Assembly (NCBI RefSeq): GCF_056712565.1
Contig: NZ_CM160072.1
DNA: 64,000 nucleotides
Reading direction: 5' to 3' (one strand)
The position numbers and the translations under genes are program-made. Each line of letters starts with the position of its first letter. Position 1 is the first letter of the stretch. Positions 44,085-53,121 of the stretch are shown piece after piece. The notes beneath the pieces are model-generated. The model was given only the letters and a program-made list of their open reading frames with translations. It ran no database searches and was not told the origin of the DNA.

Positions 44085-44528
44085 ATGAATATTCAGGCAA
44101 TAAAAGAAATGGTAAATTTAATTTGTAGTTTTTTATTTATATTCTTTCTGTCCTCGGCTTTTGTTTCTTTTGGGTGTTATGCTATTTATGAATTGTTTTT
44201 ATGGAATGATATTATTGTATATAGCTGGGGATATATATTAATTGTCTTTTTACCTTTCACATTATATGTAATGTCGTTTGAGATTTTGTTTTTTGCTATT
44301 AGTGGGCGACGATTGTCTAAAGTAACAATGGTGCGCCTTTGGTTGATAATTAAAATTATTATTGCTTTCTCTATTTGCGCAGTGTTGATTTTTTCTTCAA
44401 TTTACAAAAAAGAATTATTATCTAGAAATTATATTGCTTGTAGTGGTATCCCGTCTGGGTGGATGCCGGGTCTGGCAACGAAATACGTTAAAGAAAAATC
44501 ATTATGCGAAAAAAATGGCAATAATTAA
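44085..44528 (+). CDS. small hypothetical multi-TM protein
   Basis: about 147 aa, four predicted TM helices, extremely AT-rich; possible GTG start at 44067. Confidence 0.4.
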   Translation: MNIQAIKEMVNLICSFLFIFFLSSAFVSFGCYAIYELFLWNDIIVYSWGYILIVFLPFTLYVMSFEILFFAISGRRLSKVTMVRLWLIIKIIIAFSICAVLIFSSIYKKELLSRNYIACSGIPSGWMPGLATKYVKEKSLCEKNGNN

Positions 44529-44897
44529 ATCAATGATGAGGTTATGATGTTTTATCTAAAAAACAATAGAGTAGCGATGTATCAGTAACAGTTAATTTTA
44601 TTTTCAGTGTGAGATTGCTTAATCTTACATGGCAAATAAATCAATGTCATGTAAAACGAAATGTAAATATCACACACTATATTAAAGATGTAATACCCAG
44701 GAAGATGAAGTAACTGACCGGCAATACTATAAGCAAAGTAGTCATTGTTTATTTTTAACAGATGATTGTAATGGTTTTTTAATTGCGCTCATCTTTATGG
44801 GTTATTGTTGTTTTTTACTGGTGTTTTATGAACTGTAAAATATATTTTCTTTTTACTGTTATCTAACTTTTTAGTTAAATGGGAAATAACTCTCTGA

Positions 44898-46658
44898 ATG
44901 GACGACCTGACCCAACGCTACTATGAAGCCGAAATGCGCTACCTGCGTGAAGCGGGTAAAGAATTCGCACAGGCGTATCCCGACCGTGCTGCGATGCTTA
45001 ATCTTGATAAACCCGGCGCACGCGATCCCTATGTGGAGCGCCTGTTCGAGGGCTTCGCTTTTTTAATGGGCCGCCTGCGCGAAAAGCTGGACGACGATCT
45101 GCCGGAACTGACTGAAGGGCTGGTCAGCCTGCTGTGGCCCCACTACCTGCGAACCATCCCGTCACTTTCCGTGGTTGAACTGTCGACAGATCACCGGCAG
45201 ATGAAGCAGAGCGAAACGCTGAGCGATTTTCAGGTATTGTCGCGCCCTGTTGGCGAGCGCAGAACCCGCTGCGTCTACAGTGCCACGCGTGATATCACGC
45301 TGCATCCGCTGGCGTTGCCGGACGTGTCATTGCAATATGAACCGGACGGACGCTCGGTTATCCGTCTGCGCTTTGCGTGCGGCCCGCTGGTTGGTGACTG
45401 GTCGCAGATCGATTTATCCCGCCTGCCGCTCTATCTCAATGCCGACAGCCCGGTAGCCTGTGCGTTGCACCGGGCTTTAACGCTTGGCACGCAGCAGTTC
45501 TGGCTGCGTCTGCCGGGGCAGGATCGCCGGATGCTTGGCGCACACTTTTCCCCGATGGGCTTTGAGGATGATGACAGGCTCTGGCCAAAAGGTGAGTCAG
45601 CCTTCAGCGGTTACCAGTTGCTGCTGGAGTATTTCACCTTCCGCGAGAAGTTTATGTTCGTGGCGCTGAACGGGCTGGAGCAGGTTGCATGGCCGGAGGG
45701 GATAACCGGCTTTGAGATTGACGTGGTGCTGAACGAGAACTGGCCTCACGACCTGCCGTTTGACAGCGATAATATCCGTCTGCACTGCGTGCCGGTCATC
45801 AACCTGTTCCCGCTCGAAGCCGATCCGTTACACCTTTCGCCACTGGAAAACGAATTTCTGCTACGCCCGATGCGCATTCAGGACGGGCATACCGAGATTT
45901 ATTCCGTCGACAACATTATTTCTTCGCGCCATACCGGCAGTCAGGCATATGTCCCCTTTTCCAGCTTTCGTCACCGGGGCGGGATGCTGCGCCACGATGC
46001 GCCGGAACGCTATTACCACACGCGGGTAAAGCGCGGCCCTTCCGGCTTGCACGACACATGGCTGATTCTGGGCGGCGATGCGTTTGATTCCGACCGGATG
46101 CTGGAGGATGAAACCCTGTCCTTAAGTCTGACCGGCACCAACGGGCAGCTTCCCCGTAAAGCCTTACAGAGCACCCTGCTCGATACGCCAGTTCATGCCT
46201 CACAGAACGTCCTGCGGGTGCGCAACCTGTGCGCCCCGACGCAGCCCTGCTATCCCCCGGCGCGTGACCGCTTCCACTGGCGGGTGCTCAGCCACCTCGG
46301 TTCTAACTTTTTATCGATGATGGATAACGCCGAAATTCTGCGCGGCACGCTGGCGCTGTACGACTGGACCGAAAGCGAGATGAACCGCCGTCGTCTGGAG
46401 GCGATTGTCGACGTTCAGCACAGCCTGATACAGCGTTTTGAAAGAGGCTTTCTGCTGCGTGGCGTGGATATTCAGGTGACGCTGGACAGTAACGGCTTTG
46501 CCGGAGAAGGTGATATCACGCTGTTTGGTGAACTGCTGCACCGCTTCTTCGCACTGTATGCCGATATCCACTTATTCACTCAACTGACCTTAATTCTGCA
46601 ACCCACAGGAAAGTGCCTGCAATGGACAGAGCATCACAGCCAGCGCGTACCGGGCTGA
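44898..46658 (+). CDS. tssF: T6SS baseplate protein TssF
   Basis: 586 aa MDDLTQRYYEAEMRYLREAGKEFAQAYPDRAAMLNLDKPGARDPYVERLFEGFAFL. Confidence 0.9.
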   Translation: MDDLTQRYYEAEMRYLREAGKEFAQAYPDRAAMLNLDKPGARDPYVERLFEGFAFLMGRLREKLDDDLPELTEGLVSLLWPHYLRTIPSLSVVELSTDHRQMKQSETLSDFQVLSRPVGERRTRCVYSATRDITLHPLALPDVSLQYEPDGRSVIRLRFACGPLVGDWSQIDLSRLPLYLNADSPVACALHRALTLGTQQFWLRLPGQDRRMLGAHFSPMGFEDDDRLWPKGESAFSGYQLLLEYFTFREKFMFVALNGLEQVAWPEGITGFEIDVVLNENWPHDLPFDSDNIRLHCVPVINLFPLEADPLHLSPLENEFLLRPMRIQDGHTEIYSVDNIISSRHTGSQAYVPFSSFRHRGGMLRHDAPERYYHTRVKRGPSGLHDTWLILGGDAFDSDRMLEDETLSLSLTGTNGQLPRKALQSTLLDTPVHASQNVLRVRNLCAPTQPCYPPARDRFHWRVLSHLGSNFLSMMDNAEILRGTLALYDWTESEMNRRRLEAIVDVQHSLIQRFERGFLLRGVDIQVTLDSNGFAGEGDITLFGELLHRFFALYADIHLFTQLTLILQPTGKCLQWTEHHSQRVPG

Positions 46659-47701
46659 CCGACCGGCTGGCCCCGGATATTGCGCGGATCAATTTTTACC
46701 GTTTTTGCCAGTTGCTGGAACAGAGCCAGCAGAAAGCGCCGCTGGGCAGTACCGACAACCCCGCCGCCGATGCGGTGCGTTTTCGCCCCCATCCCGGAAT
46801 GGGCTTTCCGGTCAGCGAGTTAAAGAACGTTGAACGTGACGTGGACAATCCCGACGCGCCACCCACGGTGCGCACCACCTTTCTCGGCCTGTACGGCGTG
46901 GATTCACCGCTGCCCACCGCCTATCTGGACTACATTACCCAGCGTCATGACGGACATGACGCAGTGATGGCGTTTCTCGATATTTTTAACCATCGCTTTA
47001 TCACCCAGTATTACCGCATCTGGCGCAAATATAACTACCCGGCGTCGTTTGAAGCAGGTGCCGTGGATGACATTTCCCGTTGTCTGCTGGGGTTAATCGG
47101 GCTGGGTATTCCCGGCAGCGAGAACCATATCGCCACGCCTGTATCCCGTTTTCTGGCCCTGCTCAGCGTGATGCGCCTGCCCACCCGCACGGCTGAAGGC
47201 GTCACGGCACTGGTGGGGCTGCTTGCCCCGCTGACGAAAGCCACGGTGGTGCCTCACGATCCGCAGCCTGTAATTCTCCCGGCCCCTGCGGGTCTGTCAA
47301 AAAATTCACGCATCAGCCTGAAAACGCGAACGCTGCTGGGGCGTACCGGTACCGACGTCAACAGCCAGTTGCTGCTGAAACTGTATACCGAAGATGCCGC
47401 AGAAGCACGTGGCTGGCTGCCCGGCGGGCAACTGCACAGCGATTTGCTGGTGCTGCTGCGCGTTTATCTGGGCTGGCGCTGTCAGGCCCGTCTGCAACTG
47501 ACGCTGCCCGTCAGCCTGTTGCCTGCTGCCCGGCTGGGAAAACAGCGTGTACAGATTAGCCGTACCGGCATCCTTCGCGCCTCCTTTGCCGCGCCCGCGA
47601 CCGGAACAGTGACGGTCAGTCTGGGGCGTTATCAGGGATTAATACCCGCTTTTTCCATTCGTAACAGGGAGAGTATGACTCATGTTTCCTATTCGTTTTA
47701 A
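46613..47701 (+). CDS. tssG: T6SS baseplate protein TssG
   Basis: about 360 aa following and overlapping tssF; start GTG 46613 or ATG 46622. Confidence 0.85.
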   Translation: MPAMDRASQPARTGLTDRLAPDIARINFYRFCQLLEQSQQKAPLGSTDNPAADAVRFRPHPGMGFPVSELKNVERDVDNPDAPPTVRTTFLGLYGVDSPLPTAYLDYITQRHDGHDAVMAFLDIFNHRFITQYYRIWRKYNYPASFEAGAVDDISRCLLGLIGLGIPGSENHIATPVSRFLALLSVMRLPTRTAEGVTALVGLLAPLTKATVVPHDPQPVILPAPAGLSKNSRISLKTRTLLGRTGTDVNSQLLLKLYTEDAAEARGWLPGGQLHSDLLVLLRVYLGWRCQARLQLTLPVSLLPAARLGKQRVQISRTGILRASFAAPATGTVTVSLGRYQGLIPAFSIRNRESMTHVSYSF

Positions 47702-48218
47702 ACGTCCGGCGTTGCTCTGTATGGCGATGCTGACGGTTGTTCTGAGTGGCTGCGGGCTGATTCAGAAAGTGGTGGATGAATCGAAAAGCGTGGCCTCAGC
47801 CGTTTTCTACAAACAAATCAAAATACTGCATCTCGATTTCTTCTCCCGCAGCGCCCTGAATACGGATGCGGAAGATACGCCGCTTTCCACGATGGTGCAT
47901 GTCTGGCAACTGAAAACCCGCGAAGATTTTGACAAGGCGGATTACGACACCCTGTTTATGCAGGAAGAGAAGACGCTGGAGAAGGACGTACTGGCAAAAC
48001 ACACCGTCTGGGTAAAACCGGAAGGCACGGCATCCCTGAATGTGCCGCTGGATAAAGAGACGCAGTTTGTCGCCATTATTGGGCAGTTTTATCACCCTGA
48101 TGAAAAAAGCGACAGCTGGCGTCTGGTGATCAAAAGGGACGAACTGGAGGCCGACAAGCCGCGCTCGATTGAACTGATGAGAAGCGACCTGCGACTGCTG
48201 CCTCTCAAGGATAAATAA
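47682..48218 (+). CDS. tssJ: T6SS outer-membrane lipoprotein TssJ
   Basis: 178 aa with signal peptide and lipobox LSGC. Confidence 0.85.
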   Translation: MFPIRFKRPALLCMAMLTVVLSGCGLIQKVVDESKSVASAVFYKQIKILHLDFFSRSALNTDAEDTPLSTMVHVWQLKTREDFDKADYDTLFMQEEKTLEKDVLAKHTVWVKPEGTASLNVPLDKETQFVAIIGQFYHPDEKSDSWRLVIKRDELEADKPRSIELMRSDLRLLPLKDK

Positions 48219-48221
48219 CCG

Positions 48222-48650
48222 ATGTCGACACCTTCCTTATATGAAATGCTGACGTTCAGTTTCAGCGGCGAGTTACCGCTGGAACAGATCAGCGAGCGGG
48301 ATCAGCTTATCCTTTCCGTGATGGACAATATGCAACGCATTATCAACTGCCGGGCAGGCACGCTGGCGCATTTGCCGGATTACGGTCTGCCGGATCTCAG
48401 TCTGATCCATCAGGGGATGGCTGCGGGTATTCATGGCCTGATGCGTCAGATTGAAGAAACACTGCTGCGTTATGAACCACGCCTGAGTCAGATACAGGTG
48501 GAATTACTCCCCCAGCCCCGTCCGGGGCATCTTAATTACCTGATCCACGCGCAGCTTCCCGATACCGGCTGGATACGCTTTGATGGCGTATTTTCTCCGG
48601 AAGGACGAATTGTTCTGCGTCATCTCAAACAGCAGGAGCGGGCGTACTGA
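48222..48650 (+). CDS. tssE: T6SS baseplate protein TssE (gp25-like)
   Basis: 142 aa MSTPSLYEMLTFSFSGELPLEQISERDQLILSVMDNMQRIINCRAGTLAHLPDYGLPDLS. Confidence 0.85.
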   Translation: MSTPSLYEMLTFSFSGELPLEQISERDQLILSVMDNMQRIINCRAGTLAHLPDYGLPDLSLIHQGMAAGIHGLMRQIEETLLRYEPRLSQIQVELLPQPRPGHLNYLIHAQLPDTGWIRFDGVFSPEGRIVLRHLKQQERAY

Positions 48651-50026
48651 TGGCAAGTAACGCGAATTTTATCAGCCAGTTCGTCATGGGCGGCGATCCC
48701 TGTACGTATAAGGAATCCGGTGAACTGCAGGCTGAAATGAGTAAACTGACTCACCCGGCCCGGCCAGACGTGGACTGGCGCCAAGTGGAAAAACTCAGCC
48801 TCGCGCTGTTCCGGCAAAATGGCGTGGAACTACAGACGCTGGTCTGTTACGTACTGGCGATAACCAGACGGCAGGGGCTGGCAGGGATGGCAGACGGACT
48901 CGGTTCACTGGATATACTGCTCCAGCGCTGGGCTGACTTCTGGCCGGTACAGGTACATTCCAGAATATCACTGCTCAGCTGGGTCACAGAAAAAATGCAG
49001 CAGGCACTGAGAACGCTGGATATTCAGTATCAGGATCTGCCGCAGATCTACCGTTGTGTACAGCATCTTTCTACCATAGAAACCACGCTGCAACAGTGTG
49101 AACTGTGGCATATGACGAAGCTGGACGTATTGTCCGGGCAGTTTCGCAATACCGCATTGCGTCTGGAACGGCTGGCGCCTCAGGGAGCGGAAACCACTAT
49201 CACTCCCCCTGAATTACCCCGCCGGGAAATGAATCAACCGAAAAAGTCAGAGGAAAGTCCACAGCCGGTTTTTGCAACCAGATCCGTTCAGCAAAACGAT
49301 AAGGATGCCAGTCCACCCGTTCCATCCCCTGAAATCTCCCGGCAGCGGACATGGCCGATATTTATGGCCGGAATGGTTGTGATGGCCGGTCTCGGCGGAA
49401 CAGGATTATGGGGCTGGTCGCAGCTTAATCAGCCGGACGCGCTAATCCAGCGAATACAACTGTCTGTCATGCCGTTGCCGCAGTCGCTGGAGAGCGGCGA
49501 ACTGGCAAAGCTGGATGTAAAGGATAAGGCGCTGCTGGCTCAGGACAGAACAATTGCGGCAAGTCAGATGCAACTGGAGCAGTTAAACAAATTGCCTGCC
49601 CGCTGGCCACTGGAGCAAGGATATCGCCAGCTACGCCAGCTTGATGCCCTGTGGCCGGATAATCCTCAGGTCAGGGCGCTGAACGCGCAGTGGCGCAAAC
49701 AGCGGGAGCTGAGCGCCCTGTCTGCTGAGGCACTGAATGGCTATGCTCAGGCGCAGAGCCAGCTACAGCGCCTGTCGGCGCAGCTGGATGCACTGGATGA
49801 ACGTAAGGGGAGATATCTGACCGGTTCGGAACTAAAAACGGCGGTGTACGGCATCCGGCAGTCGTTAAAGGAGCCGCCGCTGGAAGAACTGCTTCGGCAA
49901 CTGGAAGAGCAAAAACAGACCGGAGAGGTTTCGCCAACGCTGTTGACGCAAATTGATACCCGGTTAAATCAGTTGTTGAATCGCTATGTCATTTTACTGG
50001 ATACGAAGGTGGAACAAAGTCAGTAA
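48650..50026 (+). CDS. ImpA_N-domain membrane protein (VasL/TagA-like T6SS accessory)
   Basis: 458 aa; N-terminal ImpA_N-like region, central TM (IFMAGMVVMAGLGGTGLWGW), C-terminal coiled-coil-like Q/L-rich region; overlaps the tssE stop. Confidence 0.65.
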   Translation: MASNANFISQFVMGGDPCTYKESGELQAEMSKLTHPARPDVDWRQVEKLSLALFRQNGVELQTLVCYVLAITRRQGLAGMADGLGSLDILLQRWADFWPVQVHSRISLLSWVTEKMQQALRTLDIQYQDLPQIYRCVQHLSTIETTLQQCELWHMTKLDVLSGQFRNTALRLERLAPQGAETTITPPELPRREMNQPKKSEESPQPVFATRSVQQNDKDASPPVPSPEISRQRTWPIFMAGMVVMAGLGGTGLWGWSQLNQPDALIQRIQLSVMPLPQSLESGELAKLDVKDKALLAQDRTIAASQMQLEQLNKLPARWPLEQGYRQLRQLDALWPDNPQVRALNAQWRKQRELSALSAEALNGYAQAQSQLQRLSAQLDALDERKGRYLTGSELKTAVYGIRQSLKEPPLEELLRQLEEQKQTGEVSPTLLTQIDTRLNQLLNRYVILLDTKVEQSQ

Positions 50027-50234
50027 ACATCGGGGGATTTATGTACCAATAAGGGATATGTGACCTTGCCATTTTTTAAAATGGAGTCTCTGTGTACAAA
50101 AAAAGAGAGGAACAGGCCATTCGATCTACTCGTTGATTCACATCAGATAATGAGTGTATATTTCGGTAGATAGCTTGGGTTCGGGAACAGTGAATACCTT
50201 AAGTTTCAAAAGATTGGATTAACCTCTTGACTGT

Positions 50235-50275
50235 GGCCCCCGCAACCAATTTATTAGAATGCTGACAAACCGCAA
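50235..50275 (+). repeat. right 41-bp direct repeat, followed by a terminator-like hairpin
   Basis: identical to 19633-19673; followed by aaaccgcaatgtgttctacaaattgcggttttttt. Confidence 0.85.
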
Positions 50276-50327
50276 TGTGTTCTACAAATTGCGGTTTTTT
50301 TGTATTTAAAATCTTTGTTCGCTGAAC

Positions 50328-51284
50328 TCACAACACGTTTTTTATCTCCCTTCCTGCGAAGTAATCAATTATCGACTGGGCAACGTGTATCCCGGTTTGC
50401 TGGTATGACTCAACGGTGGCGGCCGCGATATGCGGCGTTGTAATGATATTTTTGGCATGTAGCAGTGGGCTAAATTGCGCCAACGGTTCAGAGCTAAACA
50501 CATCCAGCGCCGCAAACACATTTCGTTCTTCAATCACCTGAAGTAAAGCGCCCTCATCCAGCAACTTTCCCCTTGCGGCATTGATGATCAGAGCACCATT
50601 GCGCATCATCGACAAATATTTATGACTAATGAAGTTCTCCAGCTCAGAAGAAAAAGGCAAAAGAACAATGATGACATGCGACTGCATAAAGATATCTTCA
50701 ATTGATACAAACTGAACTCCAGCTTTGTCAGCAACCTGATAGTCGGGTTGTTTGTCAAAAGCTAAAAGCTCAACATCAAAACCGGATAACCTTTTCGCCA
50801 GAGTTTTACCTATATTACCGTAGCCAACCAGGCCAATCCGTTTCCCTTGTAATTCACAGCCATGCGACTCACCCCAGTAGCCATTTTGCATCGCATGATA
50901 GCTGCCAGGGATATTTCTCATGCTCGCGAAGATAAGTCCAATGATAAATTCCGCAACCGCATTTGAATTAATCCCAACCGCATTATTGACAACAATACCG
51001 GATTGCTGTGCCGCACGAAGATCAATATTGTCTATCCCCGTCCCGAATCTCGATATTATTCTCACACCAGGCAGCAATGATAGCGTGTCCGCCTGATAAC
51101 CATCTTTTCCGGCGATGACCGCGCAAATAGATTCTCGTAATGCAGTGGATTCTGATTTAAGCAGATGCTCCACATTATTCTTAATAATAAGATTAAAATT
51201 ATTCTCTCTTAGCAACTTGCTGGCGGAAACACAGCGTGCTGAAAAGCTGGGGAAGGTGACCAGAACATTTTTCATAGCGGACAC
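50328..51284 (-). CDS. D-isomer-specific 2-hydroxyacid dehydrogenase family protein
   Basis: 318 aa with NAD-binding GLVGYGNIGKTLAKR motif; AT-rich. Confidence 0.75.
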   Translation of the reverse strand: MSAMKNVLVTFPSFSARCVSASKLLRENNFNLIIKNNVEHLLKSESTALRESICAVIAGKDGYQADTLSLLPGVRIISRFGTGIDNIDLRAAQQSGIVVNNAVGINSNAVAEFIIGLIFASMRNIPGSYHAMQNGYWGESHGCELQGKRIGLVGYGNIGKTLAKRLSGFDVELLAFDKQPDYQVADKAGVQFVSIEDIFMQSHVIIVLLPFSSELENFISHKYLSMMRNGALIINAARGKLLDEGALLQVIEERNVFAALDVFSSEPLAQFSPLLHAKNIITTPHIAAATVESYQQTGIHVAQSIIDYFAGREIKNVL

Positions 51285-51346
51285 TCACTTCAAAGAACGC
51301 CACCCCAAAAGATGGCGTGACCGGTTACTGTATTTATATTTTGAAA

Positions 51347-51943
51347 TTATGAATTTGCTTTAATGCCGAGTGCACCTCCTGGATGATATAAGCCGAAATC
51401 AGCACGAGTAAATTTTTTCAATTCAGAGAGTGCAAGCGCCACCGCATCACCAACAACCAGAACAACAGTCGACGAGCATGACGGTGCTAAACCTAAATTA
51501 TCCGCCTCACTTTTGACGGGGATTTCAACAGATAAATCACAACTTATCGCAAGCGATGAGTGATGACTGCGGGTAAAAGAGATCAAATAATTACCCATTT
51601 TTTTCAAACTAGGCAGTGTCGCCAGGATTTCCGCCGTCTCACCACTGTTTGAAATAAGAATAACAACATCGTCTTTCGCCACCATTCCAAGGTCGCCGTG
51701 TACCGCTTCCGTACCGTGAACAAAAAACGAGGGAGTTCCGGTACTGGCAAAAGTTGCTGCGAGTTTTCTGGCAATAATACCGGACTTACCAACACCAATA
51801 AAAACAACTTTTCCCTGACAAGATTGTAATACTTTAATTAAATTAGCGAATTCAGAAAGTGGGGAATAAATAACCTCTTCTACTGCTTTAAGTTCGTTAT
51901 GCATAAAATGTTTAATGAGATAGATAAGATCCGTGTTATTCAT
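51347..51943 (-). CDS. SIS-domain sugar-phosphate isomerase-type protein
   Basis: 198 aa VVFIGVGKSGIIARKLAATFASTGTPSFFVHGTEAVHGDLGMV. Confidence 0.7.
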   Translation of the reverse strand: MNNTDLIYLIKHFMHNELKAVEEVIYSPLSEFANLIKVLQSCQGKVVFIGVGKSGIIARKLAATFASTGTPSFFVHGTEAVHGDLGMVAKDDVVILISNSGETAEILATLPSLKKMGNYLISFTRSHHSSLAISCDLSVEIPVKSEADNLGLAPSCSSTVVLVVGDAVALALSELKKFTRADFGLYHPGGALGIKANS

Positions 51944-51945
51944 TT

Positions 51946-53121
51946 TTATTCTCCCTGATTAATATTTTTAATTACACTCACAAGACGCGTAAGCCCCATA
52001 TATAATTTTTCTCGACCGCAGGCCAGGTTCAGACGAAGGTAGCCCTCCCCCTCCGTTCCATAGACATGCCCCGCCATAATGCCCACTTTGCCTTCATGAA
52101 TTAATCGACTGTAGAATTCATCAAAAGGATAACCAATAGCAGAACAATCTATCCAGGAAAAATAGCAACCATCAGCTGGCCTTACGATCAATTCTGGAAT
52201 ATTTTCATTCAGATACTGCTGGGTGAATTGAATGTTAGAGGCAATATGTGCCTTTAATGACTTTAACCATCCCTCACATTCGTTATAGGCAATAATAGTT
52301 GCAATTATATTCAGTACTGATGGGGAGTTTACAAAATCGCGATACCTCGATATCGTTCTGAACTTATGATTAAAATTATCGTCAGTTGAAATCATATACG
52401 ATCCTGTTAGTGCAGGAACATTAAATGTTTTCGATATCGAGTTAAATACTACTACTTTTTCTTTTTTTATTTTAAGCGCGGATGTAAAGCTACGATTAAA
52501 AACAAAATCACTATGGATTTCATCTGAACATAACCAGACATTATGCCTTGTACAGCTTGCAGCGATTTTATGCAGTTCTTCTTCCGACCAGACTGTTCCT
52601 GTCGGGTTATGAGGATTACATAATAACACCATCTTTGCGCTTTTAATCTTAAGATCAAAATCTTGCCAGTTGATAGCGTAGCCCCCCTCATTTTTTATAA
52701 TCAAAGAGGCTGTCAGAATATTTCGCTCGCTATGTTTAATTACATCAAAAAATGCATTATAGACAGGTGTAAAAACGAGAATATTATCACCATGCGATGT
52801 CAATAACTCTATTGCTTTTGCAATAGAGTACATCACACTGGGGCTATAGGTTATCCATTCAGGTTTAATATCTGTTTGATATTGTTGATAATACCAGTTT
52901 ACTATCGCATTCAGATATTCACCATGTTGCCAACGACTGTACCCTAAAATCGGGTGTTCCAGGCGTTTTTTTAATGCTCTGGTGATAGCGTCTGGTATCG
53001 GAAGATCCATATCTGAAATAGAGAATGGTAGTACATCTTTTACACCAAATCTGTCCTCGCAAAAGTCCCATTGGGTACAATATGTTCCTTTGCGGGAAAC
53101 AGGAGTATTAAAAACATCCAT
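51946..53121 (-). CDS. PLP-dependent class I/II aminotransferase (MalY/PatB-like C-S lyase)
   Basis: 391 aa; SISKTFN PLP-lysine motif. Confidence 0.7.
   Translation of the reverse strand: MDVFNTPVSRKGTYCTQWDFCEDRFGVKDVLPFSISDMDLPIPDAITRALKKRLEHPILGYSRWQHGEYLNAIVNWYYQQYQTDIKPEWITYSPSVMYSIAKAIELLTSHGDNILVFTPVYNAFFDVIKHSERNILTASLIIKNEGGYAINWQDFDLKIKSAKMVLLCNPHNPTGTVWSEEELHKIAASCTRHNVWLCSDEIHSDFVFNRSFTSALKIKKEKVVVFNSISKTFNVPALTGSYMISTDDNFNHKFRTISRYRDFVNSPSVLNIIATIIAYNECEGWLKSLKAHIASNIQFTQQYLNENIPELIVRPADGCYFSWIDCSAIGYPFDEFYSRLIHEGKVGIMAGHVYGTEGEGYLRLNLACGREKLYMGLTRLVSVIKNINQGE

Larger units (their letters stand above)
19647..50275 (+). mobile_element. tRNA-Met-associated genomic island carrying a complete T6SS; no integrase or IS
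   Basis: bounded by the 41-bp direct repeats; AT-rich 560-bp leader; encodes tssB-C-K-L, tagL-like, hcp, clpV, vgrG, PAAR, tssM-A-F-G-J-E and an ImpA_N protein. Confidence 0.85.

Noticed and set aside
50235-50250. Fourth tRNA-Met gene or pseudogene at the right island boundary
   Set aside because: Only the last 14-16 nt of the tRNA are present; this is the att-site duplication, not a gene.
19647-50275. Integrase, transposase, IS element or prophage genes in the island
   Set aside because: Every ORF of 60 codons or more in the island was read and none resembles a recombinase or phage protein; the island is bounded only by direct repeats.
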